The position numbers and the translations under genes are program-made. Shown here in pieces: positions 19,101 through 30,000 of a stretch of 58,385 bases of DNA (the stretch's first letter is position 1; every line of letters begins with the position of its first letter). Origin of the DNA: Euryarchaeota archaeon UBA130 (GTDB lineage Archaea > Thermoplasmatota > Poseidoniia > Poseidoniales > Thalassarchaeaceae); the NCBI GenBank assembly GCA_002505775.1, contig DAVY01000011.1:1-58385 (forward strand), written 5' to 3'. Under the pieces are notes generated by a model. That model did no database searches. It was not told where the DNA came from and worked only from the letters and a program-made list of their open reading frames with translations.

Positions 19101-22100
19101 GACAGCATCCAACAGTTGCCGATAACTTCCAATCAGGAATTCCCCATAGCGGAGGAATGCTTCTCTCACAAGGACAAGAAGACACACTGGCTTTGTTCAT
19201 AGCCACATTGGCTCAGGGGGACATTAGGTCAAACTCAGGAGAAATGACCCAAGATTTTGAAGACGTCATCAGATCTGCATTCTCAGATTCGCAATTGGAT
19301 GAGTTCAAGACCATCATGACCTTGGGTTCCGGGGACTCAGACCTCGTTCTGGCCAGGTCAATGGCCGTCGTTGCAAATGACGGAGCCGTAGACCTCCTCA
19401 GGGGGCACCTTTTGGACGAGAACGGAATTCCTTCACTTAAGGAGTCATGGATGGTATACTTCGACAATGAGCCATATGGTGAGCCATCGAATGAGTCCGA
19501 AGCCAAGGCCACCTTTGATGAAATGAGGGGAAGAGTCAGCGAATACCAAGAAAAGACCACTCACTACATGATAGGCAATTACAGATACACTACCGATCTG
19601 ATTGATGATTTCGAGGACATTTCTACCGGCCTCCACAGGCAGAATTCTAAGTTAGGAATGGCCAGAGCCTTCCTGACTCAGGCTCTGGACATGGATGAGA
19701 TGGTTGAACTATATCACAAAATAACTAGTGAAGTATATTACGATGTTCAAGATTATGAAGCAGGATTAGGAGTGACCACTGAGAGGAATAATGACATCAG
19801 GTATTTTGCAGTAGACAACAGGCTTTATCCGCTCGGGGGGTCGTTTTATGCAGACTACAACTACCACAGGGGTCAGACAACAGGAATCTTCCATGCCCCT
19901 ACTGGACTCTCCGGATTGGATTTGGATGATTACATATCCACGCTTTATCAAACACAGAGGGGAGTTGATGGTCCTATTATCCTTAGAACCGCCGAAGAGT
20001 ACGAGCAAGAGTATCTCAATGACATTGTCAGACAGCAGTCTGGTGCGGCCTCGGATGCGAGTGAAATGATTCAGATGGTCGATATTGATTACAACCATCA
20101 GGATGCTTTCTTTGATACCATGGTAGCAAGGACATATGTTGGGTATGGGTCCTCATCACTCGGACTCCCGGGAGATGCGGCTCAGCCCGCCCCTCACTTC
20201 TACATGTACGGCACCCCCGGCTCATACCTAGAGCCAGGGATACCCCTTCCAGGGGCTATGATGAACCACATGGTTCTGGCGAATTGGTACGACCTGCCAT
20301 GTGAGTTGGATGAGGAAGGGGAGAAGATTGACGATGATTGCGTCGACCCTTCAATAGGTTCGGCAAATACTCAGGTCAAGATACTGAAGTACTACAGTGG
20401 AGCCACTCTTACGGGAACTGTAGAACTTGATGGAATCGGGCCCGTTCCGAACGCCAGACTGTTGATCGAGAGGGATGCTTTTAGTGGCGAGGAAGACCCA
20501 GATGAAAATGGACATGTAATTGACAGGGATACAAGAACATATTGGATACCCATAGGAACGACTGACGCAGATGAGGATGGAACATTCGAATTCAGAGCGC
20601 CAGCCGGAAAAATTAGAGTAACGGCATTCTTCGGGGAGCCAAATTTGGAATCAGCACGCTCCACTATGATGTCAGGCACATACAGTATGACTGAGATTCT
20701 AACAGAATCCAACACAGTATCTCGGGCAATCAATCCTGTTTCGGGGATTCTGGGCAACGTTTCAGGATCCACATGGCTTACCGAGCAGATTGTGAATATT
20801 TCAGCATTCGACGGTCATTCAAACGGAGAGGAGGTGGTTGAGGTCTCTCTGACCGTGGAACCAGCACAAGCAACAGGGCAGCTCGTTTGGTCCTCAACCG
20901 AAGACTTTGACGGTAACGCAGTCGAAGGCGCCTCTGTGGAGCTAATCCCTGAATGGGACCAAATCTCCCTGCCGGCATATGGAGTAGCAACTTCAGATGG
21001 AACTGTATCTGGCGAGGCCCTCTCCTTCAATGGAATTGGGGAGGTCCTGTTTACTGGCGAGGGCTCAGTAAGGACCACCTCGATCTCCACTGTTACCGAC
21101 TTCACTGGGAATTACACCCAGGAAATTAAGCATAACCACACACTCGTGGGAGAAGGAATGTTCGATGGCCGTGGCACTCTCTCTGGGTCACTAATCAGTG
21201 AATCTAGTGATGAGGTATCGATTTCAGGTTGTGGGGATAACGATACCATGCCTGAAAATGAATCGTATTGTCACATGGAATCCGGAGACATCCTCATAGA
21301 CGGGATTGTTAACGCCAGTGGAAGATTTACTTCAAACGGATCTACCGAGTTCACTCAAATGCTCAGCCACTCATCCATGGTTGGATCTGGACTCTTCGAG
21401 GTTGACACTAGCGAAGGTTTGGAGAGTTATGGAACCATCAACGGAACAGGGATTTTCTCTGGAACTGGTGATTTCAGTGGACCCATGGTACAGGCTGGAA
21501 CTTTCCACCTTAGGGACATGATCCCAGGCGATTATGCCATTACTGCCATTCTGGGAGATGGGTCAAGAGTCGATGTGGGCGAAGTCTTCACTGTTAGCGC
21601 CACACAAAGCGCCCAGTCTCAGAAAGTCGACATCCCTGGGAATGTAATATCAGGGTTATTGATTTCAGAGTCGGGGCTTGTGATCGATGGATACGCGGCT
21701 CTACTTAGTGAAGGAGCAGATTTCTCAGATGCCATAGAAGATTGCTCGATTTCCATGTTTGCCCCTTGTAGGATGTATCCCGATGATTCGGGAAGCTATG
21801 GACATGGGCCAATTCACCAAAATAATTACACGGTGGTTGTCGATATTGACGAAGATGGGTTCAATGAGATCTCTGAGGAGTTCCAGTTTGACTCGGAAAT
21901 CTACGCCAACGTAATTGTTCCTTCCCCTGTTCCGCAGACCTTCGATATCGAGTTTGAGATGTTTGATCAGGGGGCTTCTGTACCAGATTTGGTAATCACG
22001 CTAAGCTCAAGTGATGACAGCTCAGAACCTGTTGATGCGAGGTTTTCAAATGACACCGGATTATACCATGCTGAGCTGTCTCCCGGCTCGTGGATTATTG

Positions 22101-25100
22101 ATCACGCTTTGTCAGATTCAAAGCAGGTCTGGGACGAGTTCGAAATATCCTCTGACACGTCCAAGCAATTTGATTTCGTCACTAGCGTCGAGATATCTGG
22201 AATCGTTTACTACGAGGAAAACACCTCAGCGATTTTCAATCCAGATGACGGAAAAATAATCGGAGCAGATACAATAATCAAATTCGATTGGGAAGGTTTC
22301 TCAACCTCCTCAATGACCAACGAATCAGGCCGGTTTACAGTTACGTTGCCTGAAGGGGCAGTTGTGGACGCTACACTGGAAGGTTCAGTGGCAGGCCTTG
22401 TTAATGGTACCAAATTCACAGTCTCCTCTGACATGGAAGAACTTGTCATGGTGGCAACTCCAGGCACTAATGTATTCGGATTAGTAAGTATCACTAGAGC
22501 TAACAACTTCTACACGGACGATCTGCAGGGCTGGGAACAGCTAACTGTCTCAGCACAAAATGACGATTACGACGTCACATGGAGGAAATCTGTGGACAGT
22601 GAAGGAAAGTTCCAGATGATTCTGCCCGACGGTGAATGGACATTTGACATATTAGATTCCGAAATTGAAGTTTCACCGGTTACCAAGTTCATAGACTCCT
22701 CAAACTTCTCAGTGGAACTGATTTTATCGCCTCCTAATGGTACTCTGTCTTTGGAAATGTTCATGGATAATTCAGGCGATTTGAATTTCTCCAATGGGAC
22801 TCCTGTATCATATGACTTCCAAATAATCCCGACGTCTCAAGCCGGGGAGGGCATGAACATCACTTTCGATGGGACTCAATGGACAAGTGAAGGAGTAGCC
22901 GAAGTATCCTTAGAGCCGGGGTCATACATAGTCTCCGTACCCATATCGGATGCTTCGAAGGGCGATTTGTTCGGAACAATGCTTTCGACCGAAGTTCTAC
23001 CATTCGACATCCCATTGCAAGGAGGCTCCGTCGAAAGGATTGCAGCATTCTTGCCAGAGTGGAGAACAAGCATTTCATTGACGAATCAGCTCGGTGGTAT
23101 CCTGGCCAATCAAGAGTTCAAACTGACGAATACTGAGACAGGATGGACACAGATTCAAAACACCGACTCAGATGGAAAATGGATCGATCACCTTCCTCTC
23201 GGAGATTGGATAATTAGCATAGATTCTGTGACCAATAGTGAAGGGGTTACCGAGACACTCAGGGCGACACTTTCTCCATCATACGACCAATCATCCACGA
23301 ACCTCTCGTTCTCAACTTTGGAGTCTGCATTCGCGGTCATCAACCTGACTGAGGGATCCGGTGAGGTCTTGGAGGGTATGTCCATAATGGCCCACTCCGA
23401 GGAAGGCCTGGGCACCGTTGAACTCGAACCCACTGACTCGGACGGATCCACAATTGCCTCCATTTTCCCTGGAGACTGGACTCTTTCACTAGATTCTGAA
23501 GATTCAGGTGTAAAGCAAGTTCTTTCAGATACCTTCGTAGGATTGGTTTCGGGAGACAATGGCGAACTCAACTTTACGTCAGAAAGACTGGCAAAGGTCG
23601 GCGGAAGCGTCTTCTGGGATCTGAATGACGACTCCGAATACAACATCGGAGAGGGATTGTTTAATGCCTCGATTTCTATTACGGATGGCTCATGTATGGA
23701 CTCCTCGATGCCAGATTCATCAGATTACGAAATCCAATACTCAGACATCTCTGGCTCTTGGTCAGTATATCTGGGAGCAAACATGGACTACTGTGTGGAT
23801 GTTTCTGCAGAAGGGTTCGATGACATGAACATGAGCATAGAACTACTAGACGATCCTATTGATTCCGATTCTAGTATGACCGCTCAACTAGTAGATGTTG
23901 GAGGGCAGATATCCTACATCGATGAAACACAATTCTCACTTATTTCAAACTCCTTACTAGTAGAGTTAATACCAACTGATGAATATGTTAGGGATGCAGT
24001 GCAACCCGTCAAAACCATTGTAGATGGTTCGTGGCATGGTAACTGGTCTGCATCAGTCGAGCCCGGTAACTGGATAGTTAGGGTATCCTCTGAGGAACAT
24101 GGCTTGGTCTCAATGTCACTAATCGATGCAGAGGTAATTGACGGAGGCTTCACTGACTCGGACCTAGTTACTGGAGGTTGGGCATTGATTGACACTCAGT
24201 GGTTCGATTACGAAGGAATATCGCGAACACTCTCAGATGTGGATGACCCCAAATTGATCATGAATTTGGGTATGGGAATTTCATGGGTTCCTGAATTGGA
24301 TGATCAAGGCTCAACCCGACTGCTTCTCCCAGGTGGTGTGATTGACGTCTCAAGCGAGTTTACATCATTACAGAGAGGCCTTAACATGACTTATTCAGGA
24401 GGCCAGGCAGTGGGTGTTGAAGCCGGACAAGAAACACCGATAATCACAGTCTCCCACTCCAGAATACCATTCCGTGAGATATCACTAACTGTCCTTCAAG
24501 GCACAGGAGGAGATCCCACACATTCCGCAGGAGAGGATGATATGCTGGCTCTGATGGATAATGACACAATGTCATTTAGTCCGGTAGAGTTCGTAATCTC
24601 AGCAGATTACCTCGGCCACGAGCCCTTGGATACATTCTCCGCACAGGCCACTGTTCCTGGAACAGATGGTTCAGATTGGCTTGTCGAGTTCCACAATGGG
24701 TCAGGGGAGTGGAATTCGTCTATGTCCTTTGATATGGGATTGGACGGGGAAATGAGTTTGGAGGACCTCAATGTCAGAGTGACACCACCAAACCAGACTG
24801 TAGCACATTCTCTAAGCGGTGGACACAATGTGAAAATCAGCTTTTTCACATCCGATGGGTATTTCGAAGAAACATCAGTCAAAGTCAGAATACCTCAGAT
24901 TCACGGCTTCTCGGTTACCTCACTGGAACCTGTTTATGGAGTGTCTCCGGGTGAGGAAATCCAAATTCCTATGGAGATAAGAAATGATGGCAATGGGGAC
25001 GATAGATTCGAGTTCGTTTTCGATGACTCCGAGTTGCCCGACGGATGGGAAAGGACAGGTTCTACTTCACACACTGTCCCTCCGTTTACGGCTACAACTC

Positions 25101-25690
25101 ACTCAGTGACAATTTCTGCTCCAGAGGATGCCTCCGGTGAATACACAATTTATGTTTCAGTGATGGACAAGGAAGGAAACACATACCCGGACGTGGAAAT
25201 ACTGGTAAGAGTATCAAACCCAATAGTGTCTATAGTTACTCAGCAGCTTCTTGCAGGCGGCGAAAATGCTGTGTCAGAGAGGGTCAACTCCTGGGTCGTT
25301 ACGGTCAAGAACGAGGGGCTTGTTGATGCAATAGGCGTTCAGCTTAATGCAACTCTGTGTTCCGATCTTTCTTGTAACAATGAGGTTCTTTCAGATATAG
25401 AAATCGGCGATGTACCAGCAAATTCTGTGGTCAACTTTGATATTTCCATGGATTTAGACGGCATTGATCCTGGTAACTATTACCTTAATCTAGAGCTAAA
25501 TGAGTCGTCGGTCGAAGGTACAGTGATGCCTTTCCAGCCAAATCAGGGAGGTAGTGTGAATCTTGTTGTTTCATCGCCCGCAGTAGAATCCGACTCTAGC
25601 TGGATAGGGTATTTGTTGGGTGGTTTAATCATCTTCGCCATCGTAATGCTCACAAGGCCCCGTTCAAGACGTCCTAATGCACCGTTCTGA
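16163..25690 (+). CDS. aglB: Giant STT3/AglB oligosaccharyltransferase with an extra N-terminal multi-TM domain, a long C-terminal beta-sandwich repeat region and a C-terminal TM
   Basis: GGSDPWYMKR, ADHD, TIGEAQ and SWWDYG (19067-19081), VADNFQ motifs. About 1700 aa of carboxypeptidase-regulatory/NEW3/CARDB-like repeats follow. The C-terminal end is WIGYLLGGLIIFAIVMLTRPRSRR. Confidence 0.92.
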   Translation: MKTMNDRDYAKSDGNPVKELVPVSAILAALVALFLGAEALANGNMENDGYLRILTLPLTAAFAACVGRVLAVSDLGMPARFKISVSTLLIALVSAIPELFPGIIEIETLVPFTFATVGIVTMILVNSNRREESNLLLTAVIGFYLAVSLAASTGFGSGSWSGSEAELIDASRSAAASVLFAFWASSISMGLILAISMRGSLDKPGEGRLFSSLPSFDFSKEASRLLLATLAVIFFVQMLPLLWLLSISGDTIIVDGEVVSNALTKYSEHEYLGSIWAMATTAVIFMWAFFRSEKWQVLAALTAVNWILYSAARLVEIGNPLGIEVLPEGSGSSTSAAAWFFLIFWSNVAAYILSIRGYFGDTAPLREPSALRSWWNSNYYGIMVSMALFVSLAIRTGWNVLPAMNASGTQLWDMTGGSDPWYMKRVIDYVVAERSHFIFDSDRSYPMGVINPRPPLFSWSIALGGIGLNWLTDSSGDQMVWWSVSAMPAIYGALILLPLAGIARRVHSNLAGVITAWLITLMPGHIGHSTFALADHDSFALLFISMAFYFWVRAVEGIKDERIFPETSRNPLYLFAGIREMWHRNSLVMSCATLSGISFATAALGWKGFVYGPGILFLAFSVQAILNLFRGRDSLPITSAALQMLFTAFLVPLPFYIWPGLDLLFDPSGFQPMFYIIGFTMALGWVTCSFRDKPWLLVVGSGTALFGAILMTLYILQELEWYNGWDVLFTGGFYFSKNKIFGTIGEAQAPSRGVLFASYGPIVAIIAISCAVVLLWRGARRGRQSHLFLGSWTIVAAYMAWSAGRFIFNATPAMAVVGGIGIAMLWGAANPSDFLKEYRRAGVGNPSARRRSTFTASRRHPGIPALMMVFLLVASQHATYGIDSAIPRGEEAATDVDKTIYEIAPDFLRWSIGDFSILDDEEYDPESGLRYMGTFGPGFNGADWNDAYRWLSEQDSEQGFSQRPAFVSWWDYGFQALAQGQHPTVADNFQSGIPHSGGMLLSQGQEDTLALFIATLAQGDIRSNSGEMTQDFEDVIRSAFSDSQLDEFKTIMTLGSGDSDLVLARSMAVVANDGAVDLLRGHLLDENGIPSLKESWMVYFDNEPYGEPSNESEAKATFDEMRGRVSEYQEKTTHYMIGNYRYTTDLIDDFEDISTGLHRQNSKLGMARAFLTQALDMDEMVELYHKITSEVYYDVQDYEAGLGVTTERNNDIRYFAVDNRLYPLGGSFYADYNYHRGQTTGIFHAPTGLSGLDLDDYISTLYQTQRGVDGPIILRTAEEYEQEYLNDIVRQQSGAASDASEMIQMVDIDYNHQDAFFDTMVARTYVGYGSSSLGLPGDAAQPAPHFYMYGTPGSYLEPGIPLPGAMMNHMVLANWYDLPCELDEEGEKIDDDCVDPSIGSANTQVKILKYYSGATLTGTVELDGIGPVPNARLLIERDAFSGEEDPDENGHVIDRDTRTYWIPIGTTDADEDGTFEFRAPAGKIRVTAFFGEPNLESARSTMMSGTYSMTEILTESNTVSRAINPVSGILGNVSGSTWLTEQIVNISAFDGHSNGEEVVEVSLTVEPAQATGQLVWSSTEDFDGNAVEGASVELIPEWDQISLPAYGVATSDGTVSGEALSFNGIGEVLFTGEGSVRTTSISTVTDFTGNYTQEIKHNHTLVGEGMFDGRGTLSGSLISESSDEVSISGCGDNDTMPENESYCHMESGDILIDGIVNASGRFTSNGSTEFTQMLSHSSMVGSGLFEVDTSEGLESYGTINGTGIFSGTGDFSGPMVQAGTFHLRDMIPGDYAITAILGDGSRVDVGEVFTVSATQSAQSQKVDIPGNVISGLLISESGLVIDGYAALLSEGADFSDAIEDCSISMFAPCRMYPDDSGSYGHGPIHQNNYTVVVDIDEDGFNEISEEFQFDSEIYANVIVPSPVPQTFDIEFEMFDQGASVPDLVITLSSSDDSSEPVDARFSNDTGLYHAELSPGSWIIDHALSDSKQVWDEFEISSDTSKQFDFVTSVEISGIVYYEENTSAIFNPDDGKIIGADTIIKFDWEGFSTSSMTNESGRFTVTLPEGAVVDATLEGSVAGLVNGTKFTVSSDMEELVMVATPGTNVFGLVSITRANNFYTDDLQGWEQLTVSAQNDDYDVTWRKSVDSEGKFQMILPDGEWTFDILDSEIEVSPVTKFIDSSNFSVELILSPPNGTLSLEMFMDNSGDLNFSNGTPVSYDFQIIPTSQAGEGMNITFDGTQWTSEGVAEVSLEPGSYIVSVPISDASKGDLFGTMLSTEVLPFDIPLQGGSVERIAAFLPEWRTSISLTNQLGGILANQEFKLTNTETGWTQIQNTDSDGKWIDHLPLGDWIISIDSVTNSEGVTETLRATLSPSYDQSSTNLSFSTLESAFAVINLTEGSGEVLEGMSIMAHSEEGLGTVELEPTDSDGSTIASIFPGDWTLSLDSEDSGVKQVLSDTFVGLVSGDNGELNFTSERLAKVGGSVFWDLNDDSEYNIGEGLFNASISITDGSCMDSSMPDSSDYEIQYSDISGSWSVYLGANMDYCVDVSAEGFDDMNMSIELLDDPIDSDSSMTAQLVDVGGQISYIDETQFSLISNSLLVELIPTDEYVRDAVQPVKTIVDGSWHGNWSASVEPGNWIVRVSSEEHGLVSMSLIDAEVIDGGFTDSDLVTGGWALIDTQWFDYEGISRTLSDVDDPKLIMNLGMGISWVPELDDQGSTRLLLPGGVIDVSSEFTSLQRGLNMTYSGGQAVGVEAGQETPIITVSHSRIPFREISLTVLQGTGGDPTHSAGEDDMLALMDNDTMSFSPVEFVISADYLGHEPLDTFSAQATVPGTDGSDWLVEFHNGSGEWNSSMSFDMGLDGEMSLEDLNVRVTPPNQTVAHSLSGGHNVKISFFTSDGYFEETSVKVRIPQIHGFSVTSLEPVYGVSPGEEIQIPMEIRNDGNGDDRFEFVFDDSELPDGWERTGSTSHTVPPFTATTHSVTISAPEDASGEYTIYVSVMDKEGNTYPDVEILVRVSNPIVSIVTQQLLAGGENAVSERVNSWVVTVKNEGLVDAIGVQLNATLCSDLSCNNEVLSDIEIGDVPANSVVNFDISMDLDGIDPGNYYLNLELNESSVEGTVMPFQPNQGGSVNLVVSSPAVESDSSWIGYLLGGLIIFAIVMLTRPRSRRPNAPF

Positions 25691-25727
25691 TACACCGTTA
25701 TTTATGCACAATGCATCAGGAGGGAGT

Positions 25728-26960
25728 ATGCCCGCAATGGATCGCCTTGAGCTCATGCCCGAGCCAGAGGACCCAAGGCTGCTGACTACAGTGGACCCCC
25801 ATGCTCCGGGATATCCCGGATCTGCTTACGGTGTGACAGACGAAGAAGCGCGCATGCTACGTTGGCCTCTCGACCCACTAAAGGAAGCTCTGTGGCCATG
25901 GGGGGCAGTCTTCTTCTCTATCGGGACCGTAGCACTACTTCTCTCATGGCCGTTCATTAACTCATATCTTACTCCAATATTACCAGATTCCGAATGGGCA
26001 TACGAAACCACCGGTATCAGAGAATTACAGGGTGAGGGTTTGTATGGATCAGGAGTATCTGTCTGCATCGTCGATACAGGAATAGACATCAGCCATCCCG
26101 ACTTCTCTGGGATAAATTTAGTTGGATTCAGGGATTTCATCGAAGAAGGGAATCAGGAAGTGAGGGATGTTGGAAGTGAATTCCATGGCACAATGATGGC
26201 GGGAATCATCGCCTCGAACGGCACCTTTGTGGGAGTTGCACCTGAAGCGTCCATATCGGTCGCACTAGCATTGGGTCCGGAGGGGACCTCTGGTCAGCAG
26301 GATAGAGTTTCTTTAGCCATCAGGTGGTGTAGGATCACTCAAGAGGCAGACATAATTAGTCTGAGTCTCGGTTCTGACCCGGGCCAAGGAATGGGAATGG
26401 AAACAGAGACTGTATCTGCCGTCCAAGAAGCATTAGATGCGGGAATTTTTGTCGTGGCCGCGGCAGGAAATACAGGCATTGAATCTGCAGACGTATCTGT
26501 CCCAGCCAACATTAGAGGTGTGATTGCCGTTGGTGCTGATAGAAGTTCTGGATTGACATGGGGGGACAGTGCTTCTGGATCGGAAACTGACCCATACACC
26601 GGACAGCCTAGAACGTATCCAGACCAAAAACCCGAAATTACTGCCCCAGGGGTAAATATTTTCTCAACAGCCTCAACTAGTCTAAATCCACCATATGCCT
26701 ACTCCTCGGGAACTAGCGACTCCACAGTTTTCGTCTCTGGAGCATTAGCTTTGTTACTTGAGAAATTTGGAGAGGATATTGCAGGGGATAATGACAAGAT
26801 TGACCCTGAAGAAATGGATTTGGTGAAGAGAGCATTGGCAAACTCAGCAGATAGGCCAGATTCATCGGAAGGAAATCATAGTTCGACTTCGGGATATGGT
26901 TCACTAAATGTCGTTGAATGGGCAAATCAGCTCTCAATTGAACTAAATTCCAATCTTTAA
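25728..26960 (+). CDS. Membrane-anchored S8 (subtilisin-like) serine peptidase
   Basis: Catalytic motifs IVDTG, FHGTMMAG, oxyanion AAAGN and SGTSDS; N-terminal TM. ATG 25728 has TTATTT at -30 (the ORF track starts at 25677). Confidence 0.9.
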   Translation: MPAMDRLELMPEPEDPRLLTTVDPHAPGYPGSAYGVTDEEARMLRWPLDPLKEALWPWGAVFFSIGTVALLLSWPFINSYLTPILPDSEWAYETTGIRELQGEGLYGSGVSVCIVDTGIDISHPDFSGINLVGFRDFIEEGNQEVRDVGSEFHGTMMAGIIASNGTFVGVAPEASISVALALGPEGTSGQQDRVSLAIRWCRITQEADIISLSLGSDPGQGMGMETETVSAVQEALDAGIFVVAAAGNTGIESADVSVPANIRGVIAVGADRSSGLTWGDSASGSETDPYTGQPRTYPDQKPEITAPGVNIFSTASTSLNPPYAYSSGTSDSTVFVSGALALLLEKFGEDIAGDNDKIDPEEMDLVKRALANSADRPDSSEGNHSSTSGYGSLNVVEWANQLSIELNSNL

Positions 26961-27004
26961 TCATGGATTTTCCAACGCCCGGTTAAAACGAAGATACCGA
27001 CTTG

Positions 27005-27010
27005 TTATAA
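27005..27010 (+). promoter_or_regulatory. Archaeal TATA box (TTATAA) for the 27034 gene, leaderless spacing
   Basis: TTATAA sits at -29..-24 relative to the ATG; the same spacing recurs for many genes in the window. Confidence 0.6.
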
Positions 27011-27033
27011 TCCGCTTCCGATGCCCCCTTATC

Positions 27034-30000
27034 ATGGCCCGCAATAAGAGAACCAGCTCATCAATTCTGGTGATGCTGATGATGACTAGTATTTTCATTG
27101 CACTGGTTGGACCTGCTTCGACAGTGGCGGCTTCCAATGAGACCACATCAGGAACCATCTCCGGCGTTGAATATTGGCAGGGAACTCATGAACTCACTGG
27201 CGACGTTGTAATCTCATCTGGGGCCAAACTAATAATAGAGCCCAGTACCAATGTCATCTTTCCAAATGGTACGCATCTAGACGCCAGAGGAAGCATATGC
27301 ATCGGTCTTTCTTCATGCGGTGCCGGCAGTAATGCCAATTCAGCTCAGAGGATAACCTTTAGTTGGGAGGAGCCCGAAAACGAAAGTGCGGAGGGCGAAT
27401 GCAATGGAATATCACAGGGCCAGTACGAAATCACAATCACCGATCCATCTTGCTATGAAGGTCTGATAGTCAGAGATTCAATCGATCTTTCACAGTCTGG
27501 ATTGAGATTTCTAACAATTGATGGGGCTTGGGGGATTCCACATTTCGTAGATAATCAGAATGGTTTCAAGTATGCCGCATTAGTTCTTGACGGGGCAAGC
27601 CCGGTTCTGACGGAAATAGACTTCCAGGATATCGCTTCGAGCAGCGTCTTGACAACTGGCCTAGCGCAACCACAGTTCGTTGGCGGTGAGTACATCGTAG
27701 GAAATGATGAAGATAGTGGGGTCGATGGTCCTGCAGTTCAAATCTACAGCTCAGGCACTCCAATCACTCCATTGATTATGTCCTCCCCTGTGTTAATCGG
27801 TTCAGATAATGGATGTGGAAATAATGCTGGAGGGAAGCCCACTGTATGGGTCGAAGATGCCTTCATCGAAATAGATGACGCACAAATCCCAATCGGCGAT
27901 TACGGAATCTCACTAAGATATTCATCAGGTTCGATAACTAATTCAGATATCTCTGTAAATTGTAACGGCATTGACATCTACAGTCTGAAAAGTGTGGGCC
28001 AATTAGACTATCACAATACCATTACCGGAAACCAGATTACCACTGCACAGAGAACTCCAATAACTGTTTATGGAGGGGGGCATGCCTATATTTCCAACAA
28101 TGAATTGTCCGGGGCTGGAGAGGGCAGTGGAATAGCTGTTTTCTCTAGCTATGCTGAGATCATGGACAATGAAATCGGGCCCATAGGTGGATGGAACGGC
28201 CTCTGGATGTACGGATCATTCGATGTAATCGCAGAGAACAATACAATTTTCGATACTAACAGGGAGGCAATTATTGCAGGAGAGTATGGCAGTAACGCAC
28301 CTGCTCCAAGTGCAGCTAGGGCATTCCTAGCAAATAATACAATTTCAACCGAGCCAGCTACTTGCTCCAGCTCATTACACTTTGGCGGAGAGTTCACTTG
28401 TCCTGCAGTTTTTGCATACAGGTCAGGATTGACAATGTATGACAATGAAATCGATGCGGGTAGTTCAGATGGGATCAGATCAGTTGGTGCTCTATTGGAT
28501 ATCAGGAGAAATACCTGGGATGCTGCTGGAACAGGTGCCATTTTGAAACATTATGATTCTGGATATGCAGGGGATCAGCAGTACGGAACATTAGCCTTTT
28601 TCTCTGAAAATATCTGGAATGGAGTAGGCACCACATACAACATCACCAAGAGTGCCGTAACCGTACAATCAGAATCTATACCTTCTCCTCCAGAGGGGCA
28701 GTATCCCGTTGTCCTCTCGTGGCCAGATCAAGAGGCATGGCCATTGAACGGATTTCAAAATGGAATTATCCCAACCGAAGTCCAAGAGTGTTCTAACTGC
28801 GATAACCTTACACCCAGAAATTTCCCCCTGGCACTTTCTATGGATAACAACTCTACAGTTTTGACATTTGCAGGATTGTCAAATATCGACCGTTCATCCA
28901 TAGCAATTCAGACTCAGCCAACGCCTTACGCCGTGCAAGTTAGGAGGGCCGAATTAGTCAAGTTCCAAGCACTCGTAAATGGGGAAAGAGTGGAAGGAGC
29001 AAGTATTCTGGTAGAGGATGCTCTCGGAAACGACCTTTACGATATCGAAACAATGTCCGATGGATACACTCCATGGTTCGCTTTACCTTCAGACTTCCAT
29101 CTAGATTTCAGGGGTCTCGGAGGGGGAAATAACCCAGATGGTTTTGCGGATGATGAATATGAGGATTCATGTTCAGATGGGATTGATAACGATGGCGATC
29201 TCCTCTTAGATAGCGATGACGACGATTGCGATCATTCGGCTGGGACCAGGGAACTTTCCCTGTATCGGTACACTGCATACAAGTTCGGATTTGGATTGGA
29301 CAGTGGCGAATTCACGTTAGACGACACATCTTATCAGGGAACTGCTAATTTAGTCAATTTAGCACCATCACTGTCCATCACGCAGGACCAAGGACACTCC
29401 TTCAGAAAGGTGGTCAACATAACAGGAAACGCCCATGATGGAATCCTATCCTCATTCTATCCAAACGATGAAAGTGCACAATGGGATCAGAAGGGGTATG
29501 TCCATTCAATAGAGGTGAGGGACCCATTTACCAGTGACTGGTCAGAAGCCAACATGGCCATTGACTCCTCAGGGTCTTCCTATGGTGAGGTTACCAGAGA
29601 TAACCACCCATTCAAGGACTGGTACTACGAATTAGACATGTCACAAATGGCGGAAGGAGACTATGTTTTCCAGTTCCGCGCCTTTGATGGTATTGACTAC
29701 AGCCCCATTTCAATGATTTCAGTAAAACTGAATTCGCAAGCACCTACAGTTTCTGTGAGCTCCCCAAGTCCGCTTTCCACACACTCAGATGGAACTGTCA
29801 CGTTTGAAGGAGCGGCGTATGATTACTATGGTTGCCCTTCTCAATGCGGAAAGGATATTTCCGAAATATATTTCCAAATCGAGGGCCCAAATTTCCAAGT
29901 TGTTACTCCAGTCTCAGGCGGTACATCCTGGACATGGACATGGGATTTCAGTGGACAGCCAAGGATCGTTGCTGATTACACATTCAAGATTTGGGCCTCT

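Noticed and set aside
16163-25690. Intein as the explanation for the length of AglB
   Set aside because: No C/S...HN-C/S/T splice junctions or LAGLIDADG motifs were seen; the extra length is TM helices and beta-sandwich repeats.
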